This document shows, piece after piece, positions 1 through 9,597 of a stretch of DNA of 62,006 nt (within the stretch, counting starts at the first letter, position 1; every line of letters begins with the position of its first letter). A program made the position numbers and the translations under genes. The notes beneath the pieces were generated by a model. That model saw nothing but the letters and a program-made list of their open reading frames with translations, was not told the DNA's origin and ran no database searches. This DNA comes from an uncultured Enterobacteriaceae bacterium (GTDB taxonomy: Bacteria; Pseudomonadota; Gammaproteobacteria; Burkholderiales; SG8-39). The DNA lies in NCBI GenBank assembly GCA_964638135.1, contig CAZXAR010000001.1:13333-75338 (forward strand), read 5' to 3'.

Positions 1-27
1 CCGTTCCGTCGGCCCCGCACAAGAATA

Positions 28-996
28 TCAGTCCACCTTGGCGCCGGAAATCTTCACCACCTTCGCCCATTTCACGATTTCCTCGCGCAGGAACTTGTCG
101 AACTGCTCGAGTGTCATGCCCATCGGCATCGCGCCCTGTTTCGTCCACGCGTCCCTCACGTCCGGTGCGCTGATGATCTTGTTTACCTCGACGTTGAGCC
201 GCTCGAGCACCGCCCGCGGCGTGCCGGTGGGGGCCATCAGGCCGAGCCAGATTCCGGCTTCGTAGCCCGGAACGCCGGCCTCCGCGACCGTGGGAACGTC
301 GGGCAGCACCGAGGAGCGCGTCTTGCCGGTCGTGCCCAGCGCCTTCAATTTTCCCGCGCGCACGTTGGGCGCCATGGTGGTGATCGCGTCGATCATCATC
401 TGCACCTGCCCGCCCAGGATGCCCGTGCGCGCGCCGTCGCTTCCCTTGTACGGCACGTGCACGATATCCACGCCTGCGAGCGCCTTGAAGAGCTCGCCCG
501 CCATATGGTACGGCGTGCCCGGACCCGAGGACGCATAGTTGAGGACTTTCGGCTGCGCTTTGGCGAGCGCGATGAATTCCTTGAGCGTATTGGCCGGCAC
601 CGTCGGGTGCACCACCATCAGCAGATCGGAGTAGTTCACTCCGGTGATCGGCGCGAAGTCGCGCATCAGGTCGAAGGGTTTCTTCGGAATCAGGGTCTCG
701 TTGACCGTGTGCGTGTTCGACATCATGAGCAGGGTGTAGCCGTCGGGAGCGGATTTCGCCACCGCGTCGGTGCCGATGATCGAGCCCCCGCCGGGCCGGT
801 CCTCGACCACGAACGGTTGGCCGAGCACATCCTGCAGCTTGGCCCCGATGAAGCGGGCGTAGATGTCGGCAGGACCTCCGGCGCCGTAGGGCACGATGAT
901 CTTCACTGCGCGCGCCGGGTAGGTTTGCGCATGCGCCGCCACCGCGGCGAGCAATTGGAGCAGTACTGCGGCCAGTACCGCCAGCCGATGCGACAT
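28..996 (-). CDS. Bug/TctC-family tripartite tricarboxylate transporter periplasmic substrate-binding protein
   Basis: 322-aa ORF with a signal peptide ([23 protein letters not shown]) and Bug-family motifs ([44 protein letters not shown]). Confidence 0.85.
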   Translation of the reverse strand: MSHRLAVLAAVLLQLLAAVAAHAQTYPARAVKIIVPYGAGGPADIYARFIGAKLQDVLGQPFVVEDRPGGGSIIGTDAVAKSAPDGYTLLMMSNTHTVNETLIPKKPFDLMRDFAPITGVNYSDLLMVVHPTVPANTLKEFIALAKAQPKVLNYASSGPGTPYHMAGELFKALAGVDIVHVPYKGSDGARTGILGGQVQMMIDAITTMAPNVRAGKLKALGTTGKTRSSVLPDVPTVAEAGVPGYEAGIWLGLMAPTGTPRAVLERLNVEVNKIISAPDVRDAWTKQGAMPMGMTLEQFDKFLREEIVKWAKVVKISGAKVD

Positions 997-1128
997 GGGT
1001 TCCTCCCTTGGGTGAGGCGAAAGTGCGTGCGGATTCTACGCGGTTCGGCCGCCGCCGGGCGGGCACAAGCTGGCACAATCGCGCCTGTGCCGCAATCGCT
1101 GCGCGCCAAACGCCGTACGATTCGTTCC

Positions 1129-2832
1129 ATGCGGGCGGTCCCCGTGCGGAAGCTGCCGTCGCGCGTCACGGTGGTCGGCCTGGATCGCGCCCCGCACCGC
1201 GCGTTTCTGCGCGCGCTCGGCATTTCGGACGCCGACTTCGAAAAGCCGTTCGTAGGCGTTGTCTCCACTGACGGCCGTGTAACGCCGTGCAATGCGCTGC
1301 TTGGCGACCTGGCGCGGCAGGCTTGCGTCGCGGTGCGCGAAAGCGGAGGCGTTCCGTTCGACTTCGCGTCGATCTCGGTGGCCGACTCGATGTCGATGAA
1401 CCACGGCGGAATGCGGTTTTCGCTGGTGTCGCGCGAGCTGATCGCCGATGGCGTGGAGGCCGTGGTGCGCGGCCACGCCTACGACGCGCTGGTCGCCTTT
1501 GCCGGCTGCGACAAGACGCTCCCCGGGATGATGATGGCGATGACGCGCCTGAACCTTCCTGGCGTGTTTGTATATGGCGGGGCGGCGCTCCCGGGGCGCT
1601 GGCAGGGTCGGGACGTGACGGTGCTCGACACCTACGAGGCGGTGGGCGGCGTTTATGCCGGCCAGGTGAGCCGCCAGGAACTGGATGAGCTCGAGCACGT
1701 CTGCCTGCCTACGCTGGGATCCTGTCCGGGACAATTCACCGCCAATACGATGGCGATGGTCTCGGAAACGCTGGGCCTTGCCCTGCCGGGCTCGGCGACC
1801 ATGCCGGCGGTTGCGCCCGAACGCGCGGCGCAGGCGCGCGAGTCGGGGCGCGTCGTGATGGATCTGCTGGCTCGGGGCGGACCGCTGCCGCGCGAACTGG
1901 TGACTCGCAAGAGCATCGAGAACGCGTGTGCCGCGGTCGCGGCGACCGGCGGGTCGACCAATGCCGGGCTGCATATCCCCGCCATCGCGCACGAGGCGGG
2001 AATCCGCTTCGACCTCGACGATTTTGCGCGCGTCGCCAAGCGCACGCCGTTGATCGCCGACATGAAGCCGGGCGGCCGCTTTCTCGCCAAGGATCTGCAC
2101 GAAATCGGCGGCGTGTACGCGGTGCTGAAAGAGTTGTTGCGGCGCGGTGTCTTGCACGGCGATTGCCTGACGTTGCTCGGCACGACGCTCGCGCAGGAGC
2201 TCGCCGATCATCCGGGCGCGGACGGGGAGGTCGTACGCAAAGAGCCGATCTTGCGCAGCGGCGGCATCGCAGTGCTCAAGGGGAGCCTCGCGCCCGAGGG
2301 CGCCCTGATCAAGATCGCGGGACTCCGGTCGCTGCGTTTCGAAGGTCCGGCGCGCGTGTTCGATTCGGAAGAAGCGTGCGCGGATATCGTGCGGCGGCGC
2401 GCGTACCGCGCGGGCGAGGTGCTCGTCATTCGCCACGAGGGACCCAAGGGCGGGCCGGGCATGCGGGAAATGCTGGGAATCACGGCGCTTCTGTATGGCC
2501 AGGGCATGGGCGAGAAAGTCGCGCTGGTCACCGATGGCCGGTTCTCGGGGGCGACGCGCGGCATGATGGTCGGCTATGTCTGCCCCGAAGCGGCTGCCGG
2601 CGGGCCGATCGCGATGGTGAAAAGCGGGGACCCGATCGCGATCGACGCGGCGCGCGGGACCATCACGCTCGGGGTTGAGGCGGCGGAGCTTGCGCGGAGA
2701 CGAAAAGCCTGGCGGCTGCCGCGACGGCCGGCGCTTTCCGGAGCGCTGCAGAAATACGCGGCCCTGGTCGGCTCGGCGTTCTCCGGTGCGGTGACGCATC
2801 GCGGCGCCGGTTCGCGGCGCAGCGCCCGCTAG
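1129..2832 (+). CDS. IlvD/Edd-family dehydratase (dihydroxy-acid dehydratase-like, ~567 aa)
   Basis: Family motifs are present: [20 protein letters not shown] and [11 protein letters not shown]. Start moved to the in-frame ATG at 1129 ([12 protein letters not shown]...), because the 457-1128 part of the track ORF is antisense to the Bug gene. Confidence 0.85.
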   Translation: MRAVPVRKLPSRVTVVGLDRAPHRAFLRALGISDADFEKPFVGVVSTDGRVTPCNALLGDLARQACVAVRESGGVPFDFASISVADSMSMNHGGMRFSLVSRELIADGVEAVVRGHAYDALVAFAGCDKTLPGMMMAMTRLNLPGVFVYGGAALPGRWQGRDVTVLDTYEAVGGVYAGQVSRQELDELEHVCLPTLGSCPGQFTANTMAMVSETLGLALPGSATMPAVAPERAAQARESGRVVMDLLARGGPLPRELVTRKSIENACAAVAATGGSTNAGLHIPAIAHEAGIRFDLDDFARVAKRTPLIADMKPGGRFLAKDLHEIGGVYAVLKELLRRGVLHGDCLTLLGTTLAQELADHPGADGEVVRKEPILRSGGIAVLKGSLAPEGALIKIAGLRSLRFEGPARVFDSEEACADIVRRRAYRAGEVLVIRHEGPKGGPGMREMLGITALLYGQGMGEKVALVTDGRFSGATRGMMVGYVCPEAAAGGPIAMVKSGDPIAIDAARGTITLGVEAAELARRRKAWRLPRRPALSGALQKYAALVGSAFSGAVTHRGAGSRRSAR

Positions 2833-4418
2833 CGCTGCAGGAGTTCCAGCGCCAGATCGCGCAGCTTCCCCTTCTGGATCTTGGTCGCATTGGCGCCCGG
2901 CGTAACCGGAAAGGCGTCGAGCGGAACGACCCGACGCGGCACTTTGTATTTCGCGAGCCGGGATGCCACGTGGCGAAGGACCGCCGCTTCGTCCAGCCGA
3001 GCCTCGGGCTGCAGGATCACGAACGCAACGGCTGCGATCCCGCCGGAGTCCGCCACGCCGACCACCTGGCAGGCACGGATCGAGGGCAGTTCCTGCACTA
3101 CCGATTCGATCTCCGCCGGCGAGACCAGGAACCCTCCCAGGCGCAGCGAATCGCCCATGCGCGCGAGGAACACGAACCTTCCGTCGGGCTGCGTGTAGCC
3201 CAGATCGCCGGAACGGTAGTACTCATCCTCGGTGAGTGCGCCGAGCGTGGCCCGGGGATCGCCCAGATAGCCGACCATCCGGCTTGTCGGCGCGAAAAAC
3301 TCGAGTTCGCCGGCTTCGCCGTGGGGCAGAACACGCCCGGTCTGCGGGTCGCGCGCCCGTACGCGCCCCCGCTCGCTCACCGGGCGTCCGCCGGCCAGCA
3401 TTCTTTCTGCCGCCGGGGCGTTTTCGTCCTGGCGCGCGAACAGCGCCTGGATCTCGCTTGTGCCGTACAGCCCGACGAGCTTCAGGCCGCGGGCATCGGC
3501 TTGCTCGACGATATCGCCCAGGGCGGGATTGAAGGCGGCATAGCCGAAAAAGCGCACGCCGGGAAACGCGATCGGCTCTTCGTTCTGTGCGAGGAGCTGC
3601 GCGAACGCCTCGTCGGTCCCGTTGGCGTGCGTGACGCGATGGATGGCGATGTCCTGCACTGCCTCGGCCGCATCCCAGGAAGGGCGCGTGACAAGCGGCC
3701 GTCCGGCGGCCAGGGCCGCCATCGCGCTGCAAAAACCGAATACGCCGCAAAGCGGAGGTGCAAGGAGAACCGTGGCCTCGCGCCCGATCGCAAACCCGCG
3801 CGCGACGTCGAAAGCGTGCGAAATCACGGTTTTCTGGTCGTGCAGCACGAATTTGGGCGCCTTGGTCGTGCCGGAGGTGGTGAAGACGATGCATCCGGCG
3901 TCGGGCTCCGCGCTGTCCTCGGCGAGCGGCTGTGTAGCGCCGAGCGCGCGATAGGTGATCGCGGGTTTGCCGAGCATTGGGGCGGGGATGGAAGCACCGG
4001 TTTCGGCGTAGACGACCAGCGAGTCGAGGCCCCGCAGCGCACCGGAATCGCATCCGGCAAGGATCCCTGCAAAATCAATGCCACGGAATCCTGGCCAGAA
4101 GACCAGCACCCGCGCGCCCGACCGCGAGACGATGTCGCCAACCTCCTGGCTGCGAAAGCGTGTGTTCACCGACACGGCGATCGCCCCGATTCGCGCGCAA
4201 GCAAGGAATGTCGCAAGCCACGCCGTGACGTTCGGCAGCCACAGCGCTACGCGGTGGCCGGCGCCGATCCCGAGGTTTTTCAAGCCGCTGGCGATACGCC
4301 GGCTCTCACTCTCGAGCACGCGGAACGAAACGGCCCGCCCGCGATCGACGATCGCGGTGGCATCGGTTGTCGCGCGCGCTGCGAGGAGCGCCGGCAGGGT
4401 TTCAGCAGTCGCGGTCAA
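2829..4418 (-). CDS. AMP-dependent synthetase/ligase (acyl-CoA synthetase family)
   Basis: 529 aa with the AMP-binding motif [11 protein letters not shown] and the C-terminal [20 protein letters not shown] motif. TTG start at 4418. Confidence 0.85.
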   Translation of the reverse strand: MTATAETLPALLAARATTDATAIVDRGRAVSFRVLESESRRIASGLKNLGIGAGHRVALWLPNVTAWLATFLACARIGAIAVSVNTRFRSQEVGDIVSRSGARVLVFWPGFRGIDFAGILAGCDSGALRGLDSLVVYAETGASIPAPMLGKPAITYRALGATQPLAEDSAEPDAGCIVFTTSGTTKAPKFVLHDQKTVISHAFDVARGFAIGREATVLLAPPLCGVFGFCSAMAALAAGRPLVTRPSWDAAEAVQDIAIHRVTHANGTDEAFAQLLAQNEEPIAFPGVRFFGYAAFNPALGDIVEQADARGLKLVGLYGTSEIQALFARQDENAPAAERMLAGGRPVSERGRVRARDPQTGRVLPHGEAGELEFFAPTSRMVGYLGDPRATLGALTEDEYYRSGDLGYTQPDGRFVFLARMGDSLRLGGFLVSPAEIESVVQELPSIRACQVVGVADSGGIAAVAFVILQPEARLDEAAVLRHVASRLAKYKVPRRVVPLDAFPVTPGANATKIQKGKLRDLALELLQR

Positions 4419-4456
4419 TGGCGAAGCAGGCTAACTGCATGCAGAACTTCACGCAA

Positions 4457-4496
4457 CAACGCGACGCAAAAAGTTTTTTTGCGTGTTCGCGCGTTG
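4457..4496. repeat. Imperfect 40-nt inverted repeat with an A/T-rich centre, in a divergent promoter region
   Basis: Inner arms ACGCAAAAA (4464-4472) and TTTTTGCGT (4476-4484). Outer arms CAACGCG (4457-4463) and CGCGTTG (4490-4496). No gene ends here, so it is not an ordinary terminator. Confidence 0.7.
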
Positions 4497-4669
4497 CTGC
4501 GCGCGACCGCACAGGATTTTCGTTTCGTTGCAAAAAACTTCACGAAAAGCAATTGTGTTCGCGCAACGATGTGGATATGATGCTCGCTCGTTTGCGCGGT
4601 GCGCCCGCGCCGCGGACGAGAATGGAAGGACGATCCCGACGTCTTCGGTCGGGATGACAGGGAGAGCGC

Positions 4670-4960
4670 ATGCCATCCGTTGTAACGAAGGCGGATCTGG
4701 TTGAGGCGGCCGCGAAGGCGGGCAACCTCAGCAGATCCGCCGCGGGCGATGCCGTGAATGCGATTTTCGACGCGATCGTCACCAGCGTCGCGAAGGGAAG
4801 CCGGGTCACGGTGGTCGGATTCGGAACGTTCCTGCCGCGCGAGCGGAAGGCACGCTCCGGCCGCAATCCGGTGAACGGGAAGGAAATCCGGATCTCCGCA
4901 AAGAAAGTGCCGGCGTTTACCGCCGGGCAGGGCTTCAAGGAGGCGGTTTCGGCGCGGTAG
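4670..4960 (+). CDS. hup: HU-family nucleoid-associated DNA-binding protein
   Basis: 96 aa. HU/IHF fold signature (GFGTF..RERKARSGRNPVNGKEIRISAKKVPAFTAG) and a GGAGAG Shine-Dalgarno sequence upstream of the ATG. Confidence 0.9.
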   Translation: MPSVVTKADLVEAAAKAGNLSRSAAGDAVNAIFDAIVTSVAKGSRVTVVGFGTFLPRERKARSGRNPVNGKEIRISAKKVPAFTAGQGFKEAVSAR

Positions 4961-4984
4961 GCGCGGCCACGCTCGCGAATGGGA

Positions 4985-5016
4985 GGCTGCGAAGCACGCT
5001 TCGCAGCCTTTTTTTT
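4985..5016 (+). terminator. Rho-independent terminator of the HU gene
   Basis: Perfect 10-bp stem GGCTGCGAAG / CTTCGCAGCC with a 4-nt loop, followed by eight T residues (5009-5016). Confidence 0.8.
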
Positions 5017-5153
5017 GCGCCGACCGGTGGCGCCGCGCCGCCGCGGACCGACCTGAGGCGCAGTGGCAAGTGTCCCGCGTAACCGCCTAGTTCTTGCGGG
5101 CGTTGCAAAGCACAATGCGACTTGGCAGAATCCGCCCCAGATCGGACTCGTCC

Positions 5154-5732
5154 ATGGATGGTCTTCTCATACTTTCGCTTGACAGCCACGGGATCCCGCA
5201 CCGCTGGATCAGCTGGCAGCAGGCCTGCTTCTACTACGCGAAGAACCTCGTGGCGTGGACGCTGGGCGACAGCACGTTCACCTTCTACGGCGGGATTTCG
5301 CGCGCAACGGGGTCGCGCTCGAGCATTACCGCGCACTCGATCATCGCGATCAAGGGCAAGGCGCATGCCTCCAAGGGCTTCAATCAGGTTCCACCGCTCA
5401 ACAACCGGGAGCTTTTCCGGCGCGATCGTCACACCTGCGCGTACTGCGGCGGAAAGTTCAGCTTCTTCCGGCTGACGCGCGACCACGTCACGCCGCTGTC
5501 GCGCGGCGGACGGGACACGTGGATGAACGTGGTCACTGCATGCCGCCATTGCAACGGGCAGAAGCGCAACCGGCTGCCCGAAGAGTCGGGCGTGCAGCTG
5601 CTCTACGCGCCGTACGTGCCCAACAAGGCGGAGTTCCTGATCCTGACGAACCGGCGCATTCTCGCCGACCAGATGGAATTCCTGCGGCAGCACGTCGCCT
5701 CGCACTCGCGCCTGGTCTTCGCCCCTGCCTGA
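5154..5732 (+). CDS. HNH endonuclease
   Basis: HNH/zinc-finger motif: CAYCGGKF...RDHVTPLSRGG...NVVTACRHCNGQK. Start is uncertain. The track ORF starts at TTG 5094; in-frame ATGs lie at 5115 and 5154. 5154 was chosen because a TTGCAA-N17-CAGAAT promoter-like pair sits at 5103-5131. Confidence 0.75.
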   Translation: MDGLLILSLDSHGIPHRWISWQQACFYYAKNLVAWTLGDSTFTFYGGISRATGSRSSITAHSIIAIKGKAHASKGFNQVPPLNNRELFRRDRHTCAYCGGKFSFFRLTRDHVTPLSRGGRDTWMNVVTACRHCNGQKRNRLPEESGVQLLYAPYVPNKAEFLILTNRRILADQMEFLRQHVASHSRLVFAPA

Positions 5733-5784
5733 TTTCTGGCGGAGCAGCGGTTTTCGGCTGCTGCGGCGGGACGATGCCGGAAGG

Positions 5785-6738
5785 TTGCGCATCACCGACG
5801 ATTACCTGCGCGCGTATCTGCTGCGGCCCGAGGTCCGGCCGATCGACGAGTCCTGCGCCGCGGAACGCGGCTTGCATGCGGCGCTCATGGAGGACCCGCA
5901 ACGACCGGTATCCGATGGCGAGCTCGCGGCGATCGCCGACGAGGACGCGCGCGACAACTACCGGCTGCTGCTGCGTTTCCGCGAGCGCCTGCTCGAGGCA
6001 GGCACCGTGGAGGCCTGCTATGCGGGGCTGTTCCGGGGCGCGGGCGTCGATGTCCCGCCGCTCTTCATCGATCAGATGGCGCACGTCATTCTGCGCAACA
6101 TTCTCGATCGCTGCGAGGACCCGCTGCAGTTGCGCGCGGCGGAACTGTTCTTCCGCGAACAGAAGGCGACGCTGCGCGAAGGCCAGGCGCTGCTCGCCGA
6201 CCTCGAAACCGTCGCGATGCACGCGGCCGGCCAGCAGTATGGCGGCCTGGGGCGACTGATCGTCGAGGCGCAGGGGCCGCTCGCGCGCGCCGACCTCGCC
6301 GTGCTCGACGCCCACAACGCGGCGCTGTACTGGGAGCGCGACTCGCGGCACGACACGGTGATCAGCGTGACCTTCGGGCACGCCGCGCTGGAGGCGTACT
6401 GCCGCGTGATCGAAGCCTGGGTGGCGCACTTCGCGGCAGTCGATGTCGCGGTCAGGCCGATGCGCCAGATCGAGGACGCCCACTGGGCCTGGCACATCGG
6501 GCTCGATGCGGAATCCACCGCGATCCTGAACGATCTCTGGACCGGGACGGAGGTCGAGCAGGGCAGGATGCAGAGGATCCTCGCGCTGTTTCGCATGGAC
6601 TTCCGCGAGCCGCGCGCGATGCGGCCGGATCTCGCCGGGCGCCCGGTGTATCTCGCGCTGAGCGCCGACGAGGATGGCACGGTGCGGATGAAACCGCAGA
6701 ATCTCCTGATCAACCTTCCGCTTGGGCGGCCGGTATGA
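5785..6738 (+). CDS. Conserved hypothetical protein (possibly the DUF6352 family, from memory)
   Basis: 317-aa ORF from TTG 5785. GC-rich third codon positions. Its stop overlaps the start of the downstream glycosylase gene (ATGA at 6735-6738). The frame stays open upstream to 5647 and encodes a plausible extra N-terminus (DFWRSSGFRLLRRD). Confidence 0.6.
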   Translation: MRITDDYLRAYLLRPEVRPIDESCAAERGLHAALMEDPQRPVSDGELAAIADEDARDNYRLLLRFRERLLEAGTVEACYAGLFRGAGVDVPPLFIDQMAHVILRNILDRCEDPLQLRAAELFFREQKATLREGQALLADLETVAMHAAGQQYGGLGRLIVEAQGPLARADLAVLDAHNAALYWERDSRHDTVISVTFGHAALEAYCRVIEAWVAHFAAVDVAVRPMRQIEDAHWAWHIGLDAESTAILNDLWTGTEVEQGRMQRILALFRMDFREPRAMRPDLAGRPVYLALSADEDGTVRMKPQNLLINLPLGRPV

Positions 6739-7352
6739 AGCCACGCTACTGGGAAAGGGCGAAACGCGACCTCGCGCGCAACGATCCGCGGCTCGGCGCG
6801 ATCATTCGGCGCCACCCGCGCGCGCATCTGGTTTCGCGCGGCGATCCGTTCCAGACGCTCGCGCGCTCGATCGTGGGCCAGCAGATTTCGGTGAAGGCGG
6901 CGCAGGCCGTATGGCAGCGGCTCGCGGCGGCGGTTCCGCAGATGACACCACAGGCGCTGCTTGCGCGTGACCGCAGTCGGCTGCGCGCCTGCGGTCTTTC
7001 GCAGCGCAAGGTCGAGTACGTCACCGATCTCGCGCTTCGCTTCCGGGACGGCGCGATCCACGTCGCTCGCTGGCCGGCCATGAGCGACGAGGAAGTGATC
7101 GCGGAGCTTGTCGGCGTGCGCGGCATCGGCCGCTGGACCGCCGAGATGTTCCTGATCTTCAACCTGATGCGGCCGGACGTGCTGCCGGTGGACGATCTCG
7201 GTCTGCAGCGCGCGATCAGCCTCTCGTACCGCGCCGGACGCGCGGTGAGCGAAGCGGCCATCCGGCGCATCGCGCGCGCGTGGCAGCCGTGGCGCTCGGT
7301 AGCGACGTGGTACCTGTGGCGCTCGCTCGACCCGGTGCCGGTGGAGTATTGA
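6735..7352 (+). CDS. HhH-GPD DNA glycosylase (DNA-3-methyladenine glycosylase II / AlkA-like)
   Basis: 205 aa with the helix-hairpin-helix motif LVGVRGIGRWTAEMFLIF and the catalytic-Asp region VLPVDDLGLQRA. Confidence 0.85.
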   Translation: MKPRYWERAKRDLARNDPRLGAIIRRHPRAHLVSRGDPFQTLARSIVGQQISVKAAQAVWQRLAAAVPQMTPQALLARDRSRLRACGLSQRKVEYVTDLALRFRDGAIHVARWPAMSDEEVIAELVGVRGIGRWTAEMFLIFNLMRPDVLPVDDLGLQRAISLSYRAGRAVSEAAIRRIARAWQPWRSVATWYLWRSLDPVPVEY

Positions 7353-7376
7353 GGCGTGGCGTAGAATCCCGCGGCG

Positions 7377-8345
7377 ATGAAGACGACCTTCCTCGAGTTC
7401 GAGCAGCCGATCGCCGAACTGGAAAACCGCATCGAGGAACTGCGCTACGTCCAGGACGATTCGGCCCTCGACATCTCCGAGGAGATCCAGCGTCTGACGA
7501 AAAAGAGCCAGGCGCTCACCCGGGAAATCTACGCCAAGCTCACGCCGTGGCAGATCGCGCAGGTGGCGCGCCATCCGCAGCGGCCCTACACGCTGGACTA
7601 CGTGCAGATGCTGTTCACGCACTGCGAGGAGCTGCACGGCGATCGCGTGTTCGGCGAGGATGCCTCGATCGTCGGCGGGCTCGCGCGTTTCGACGGCGAA
7701 GCCTGCGTCGTGATCGGGCACCAGAAGGGCCGCGACACCAAGGAGAAGATCCTGCGCAATTTCGGCATGCCGCGCCCGGAAGGCTACCGCAAGGCACTGC
7801 GCCTGATGACGCTGGCGGAAAAGTTCGAACTGCCCCTGTTTACGTTCGTCGATACGCCCGGCGCCTATCCCGGCATCGAGGCCGAGGAGCGCGGCCAGTC
7901 GGAGGCGATCGGCCGGAACCTGTTCGCGATGGCGCAGCTGCGGACCCCCATCCTCGTCACGATCATCGGCGAGGGCGGCTCGGGTGGGGCGCTCGCGATC
8001 GCGGTAGGCGACGTGATCATGATGCTGCAATACGCAACCTACTCGGTGATCTCGCCCGAAGGGTGCGCCTCGATCCTGTGGAAGAGCGCCGACAAGGCGC
8101 CCGAGGCCGCGGAAACGCTCGGGATCACCGCGAGCAGGCTGAAGACGCTCGGCCTCGTCGACCGCATCGTCAACGAGCCGCTGGGCGGCGCGCACCGCGA
8201 TCCGCAGGCGGCGGGCGCGGCGCTGAAAAAGGCGCTCGCCGAGGCGCTGCGGCAGGTGCGGGACAAAAAGCCGAAACAGCTCGTCGAGGAACGCCTCGAG
8301 CGCCTGATGGGCTATGGCAGGTTCAAGGAAACCGCCGAGCGCTGA
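7377..8345 (+). CDS. accA: Acetyl-CoA carboxylase carboxyltransferase alpha subunit
   Basis: 322 aa, similar to AccA over its whole length ([34 protein letters not shown]). Confidence 0.95.
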   Translation: MKTTFLEFEQPIAELENRIEELRYVQDDSALDISEEIQRLTKKSQALTREIYAKLTPWQIAQVARHPQRPYTLDYVQMLFTHCEELHGDRVFGEDASIVGGLARFDGEACVVIGHQKGRDTKEKILRNFGMPRPEGYRKALRLMTLAEKFELPLFTFVDTPGAYPGIEAEERGQSEAIGRNLFAMAQLRTPILVTIIGEGGSGGALAIAVGDVIMMLQYATYSVISPEGCASILWKSADKAPEAAETLGITASRLKTLGLVDRIVNEPLGGAHRDPQAAGAALKKALAEALRQVRDKKPKQLVEERLERLMGYGRFKETAER

Positions 8346-8379
8346 CGCGCGGCGCGAGCCCGGCCGGGCGGAGACGCGC

Positions 8380-9597
8380 GTGCTGGAGGCCGCGCGCGCG
8401 GTCCTTTCTGCGCACCCACTGCGCAAGCGGCGAATCGCCGTCGGCCTTTCGGGCGGGATCGATTCGGCAGTGCTGCTGCATGTGATGCGGGAACTCGCTC
8501 CCGAATTCGGCTACCGGGCCTCCGCGGTTCACGTCCATCACGGCCTGAGCCCGAATGCCGACGCCTGGAGCCGCCGGTGCCGGACGCTTTGCCGCGAATG
8601 GAACGTGCCGATCGCAGTGCGGCGCGTGAAGGTGACGCGCACGGGCAAAGGCCTCGAGGCGGCGGCGAGGGATGCGCGCTATGCGGCGTACCGCCGGCTG
8701 CATGTCGATGCGATTGCGCTTGGCCACCAGCTCGATGACCAGGCCGAGACGGTGCTGATGAACCTGCTGCGCGGCGCCGGGATCGCGGGCGCGCGCGGCA
8801 TGGCGGCGGCGGCGCAGCTCGGCCGCAAGCTCCTGCTGCGGCCGCTGTTCGCGTTGCCGCGCGAGGCGATCGTGCGCTACGCCGAGGCGCGACGGCTCGA
8901 ATGGATCGAGGACGAATCCAACCGGGACGACGCGCGCACGCGAAGCTTCCTGCGCACGCGCGTCGCGCCGCTTCTTGCGGCGCGATTTCCGCGCTGGCGC
9001 GAAAGCCTGGCGCGCGCCGCGCGTCACTTTGCGGCGGCCGACGCGGACGCGAACCGGCTGCTGCGCGCGTTTCTTGCGGCGCGCGGCCTGCGCGCGCCAA
9101 GCGAACGCCGGCTGGCGGAGATGCTGCGCCAGCTCACGGGGGCGAGGCGGGATGCGCGGGTCGCCCTCTCACATGACGGCGCGGTCCTGCGCGTCCATCG
9201 CGACCGCGTGTTCGTCACGCGCCCGCAGCGCCGCGAGCCGTTTGCGCCAGTGCGCTGGAACGGCGGGAACCGCCTCGCGTTGCCGCAGCTGGGAGGCGAA
9301 TTGCGGTTTCGTCGCCGGCGCGGCGCCGGAATCGACGCGACGCGGCTCGAGGGCGCTGACGTGACGGTGCGCTTGCGCTCAGGCGGCGAGCGGCTGCAGC
9401 CGGACGCGCGGCGTCCGCGGCGCACGCTGAAAAACCTGTTTCAGCAGGCCGGTGTCCCGCCCTGGGAGCGCGAGCGCCTGCCGCTGCTGTTCCGCGGTGG
9501 CGATCTCATCTGGGCGCCGGGGCTTGGCGTCGACGCGAGCTACCGCGCGCAGGCCGGCTCGCGCGGGATCGTGCCCGAGTGGTGCCCGCACGCCTGA
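8380..9597 (+). CDS. tilS: tRNA(Ile)-lysidine synthase
   Basis: PP-loop motif VGLSGGIDSAVLLH. Start set at GTG 8380, preceded by GGAGA (8370-8374). The track start at 8314 would overlap accA by 32 nt. Confidence 0.85.
   Translation: MLEAARAVLSAHPLRKRRIAVGLSGGIDSAVLLHVMRELAPEFGYRASAVHVHHGLSPNADAWSRRCRTLCREWNVPIAVRRVKVTRTGKGLEAAARDARYAAYRRLHVDAIALGHQLDDQAETVLMNLLRGAGIAGARGMAAAAQLGRKLLLRPLFALPREAIVRYAEARRLEWIEDESNRDDARTRSFLRTRVAPLLAARFPRWRESLARAARHFAAADADANRLLRAFLAARGLRAPSERRLAEMLRQLTGARRDARVALSHDGAVLRVHRDRVFVTRPQRREPFAPVRWNGGNRLALPQLGGELRFRRRRGAGIDATRLEGADVTVRLRSGGERLQPDARRPRRTLKNLFQQAGVPPWERERLPLLFRGGDLIWAPGLGVDASYRAQAGSRGIVPEWCPHA

Noticed and set aside
1061-1085. Sigma-54-like TGGCAC / GGCAC motifs upstream of the IlvD-like gene
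   Set aside because: Neither copy has a properly spaced TTGC/GC element. The GG-to-GC spacing is one base short, and no enhancer-binding-protein gene is nearby.
457-1128. N-terminal 224-codon extension of the IlvD-like track ORF
   Set aside because: This part is antisense to the Bug-family gene and has no dehydratase similarity. The IlvD-like sequence begins at the in-frame ATG at 1129.
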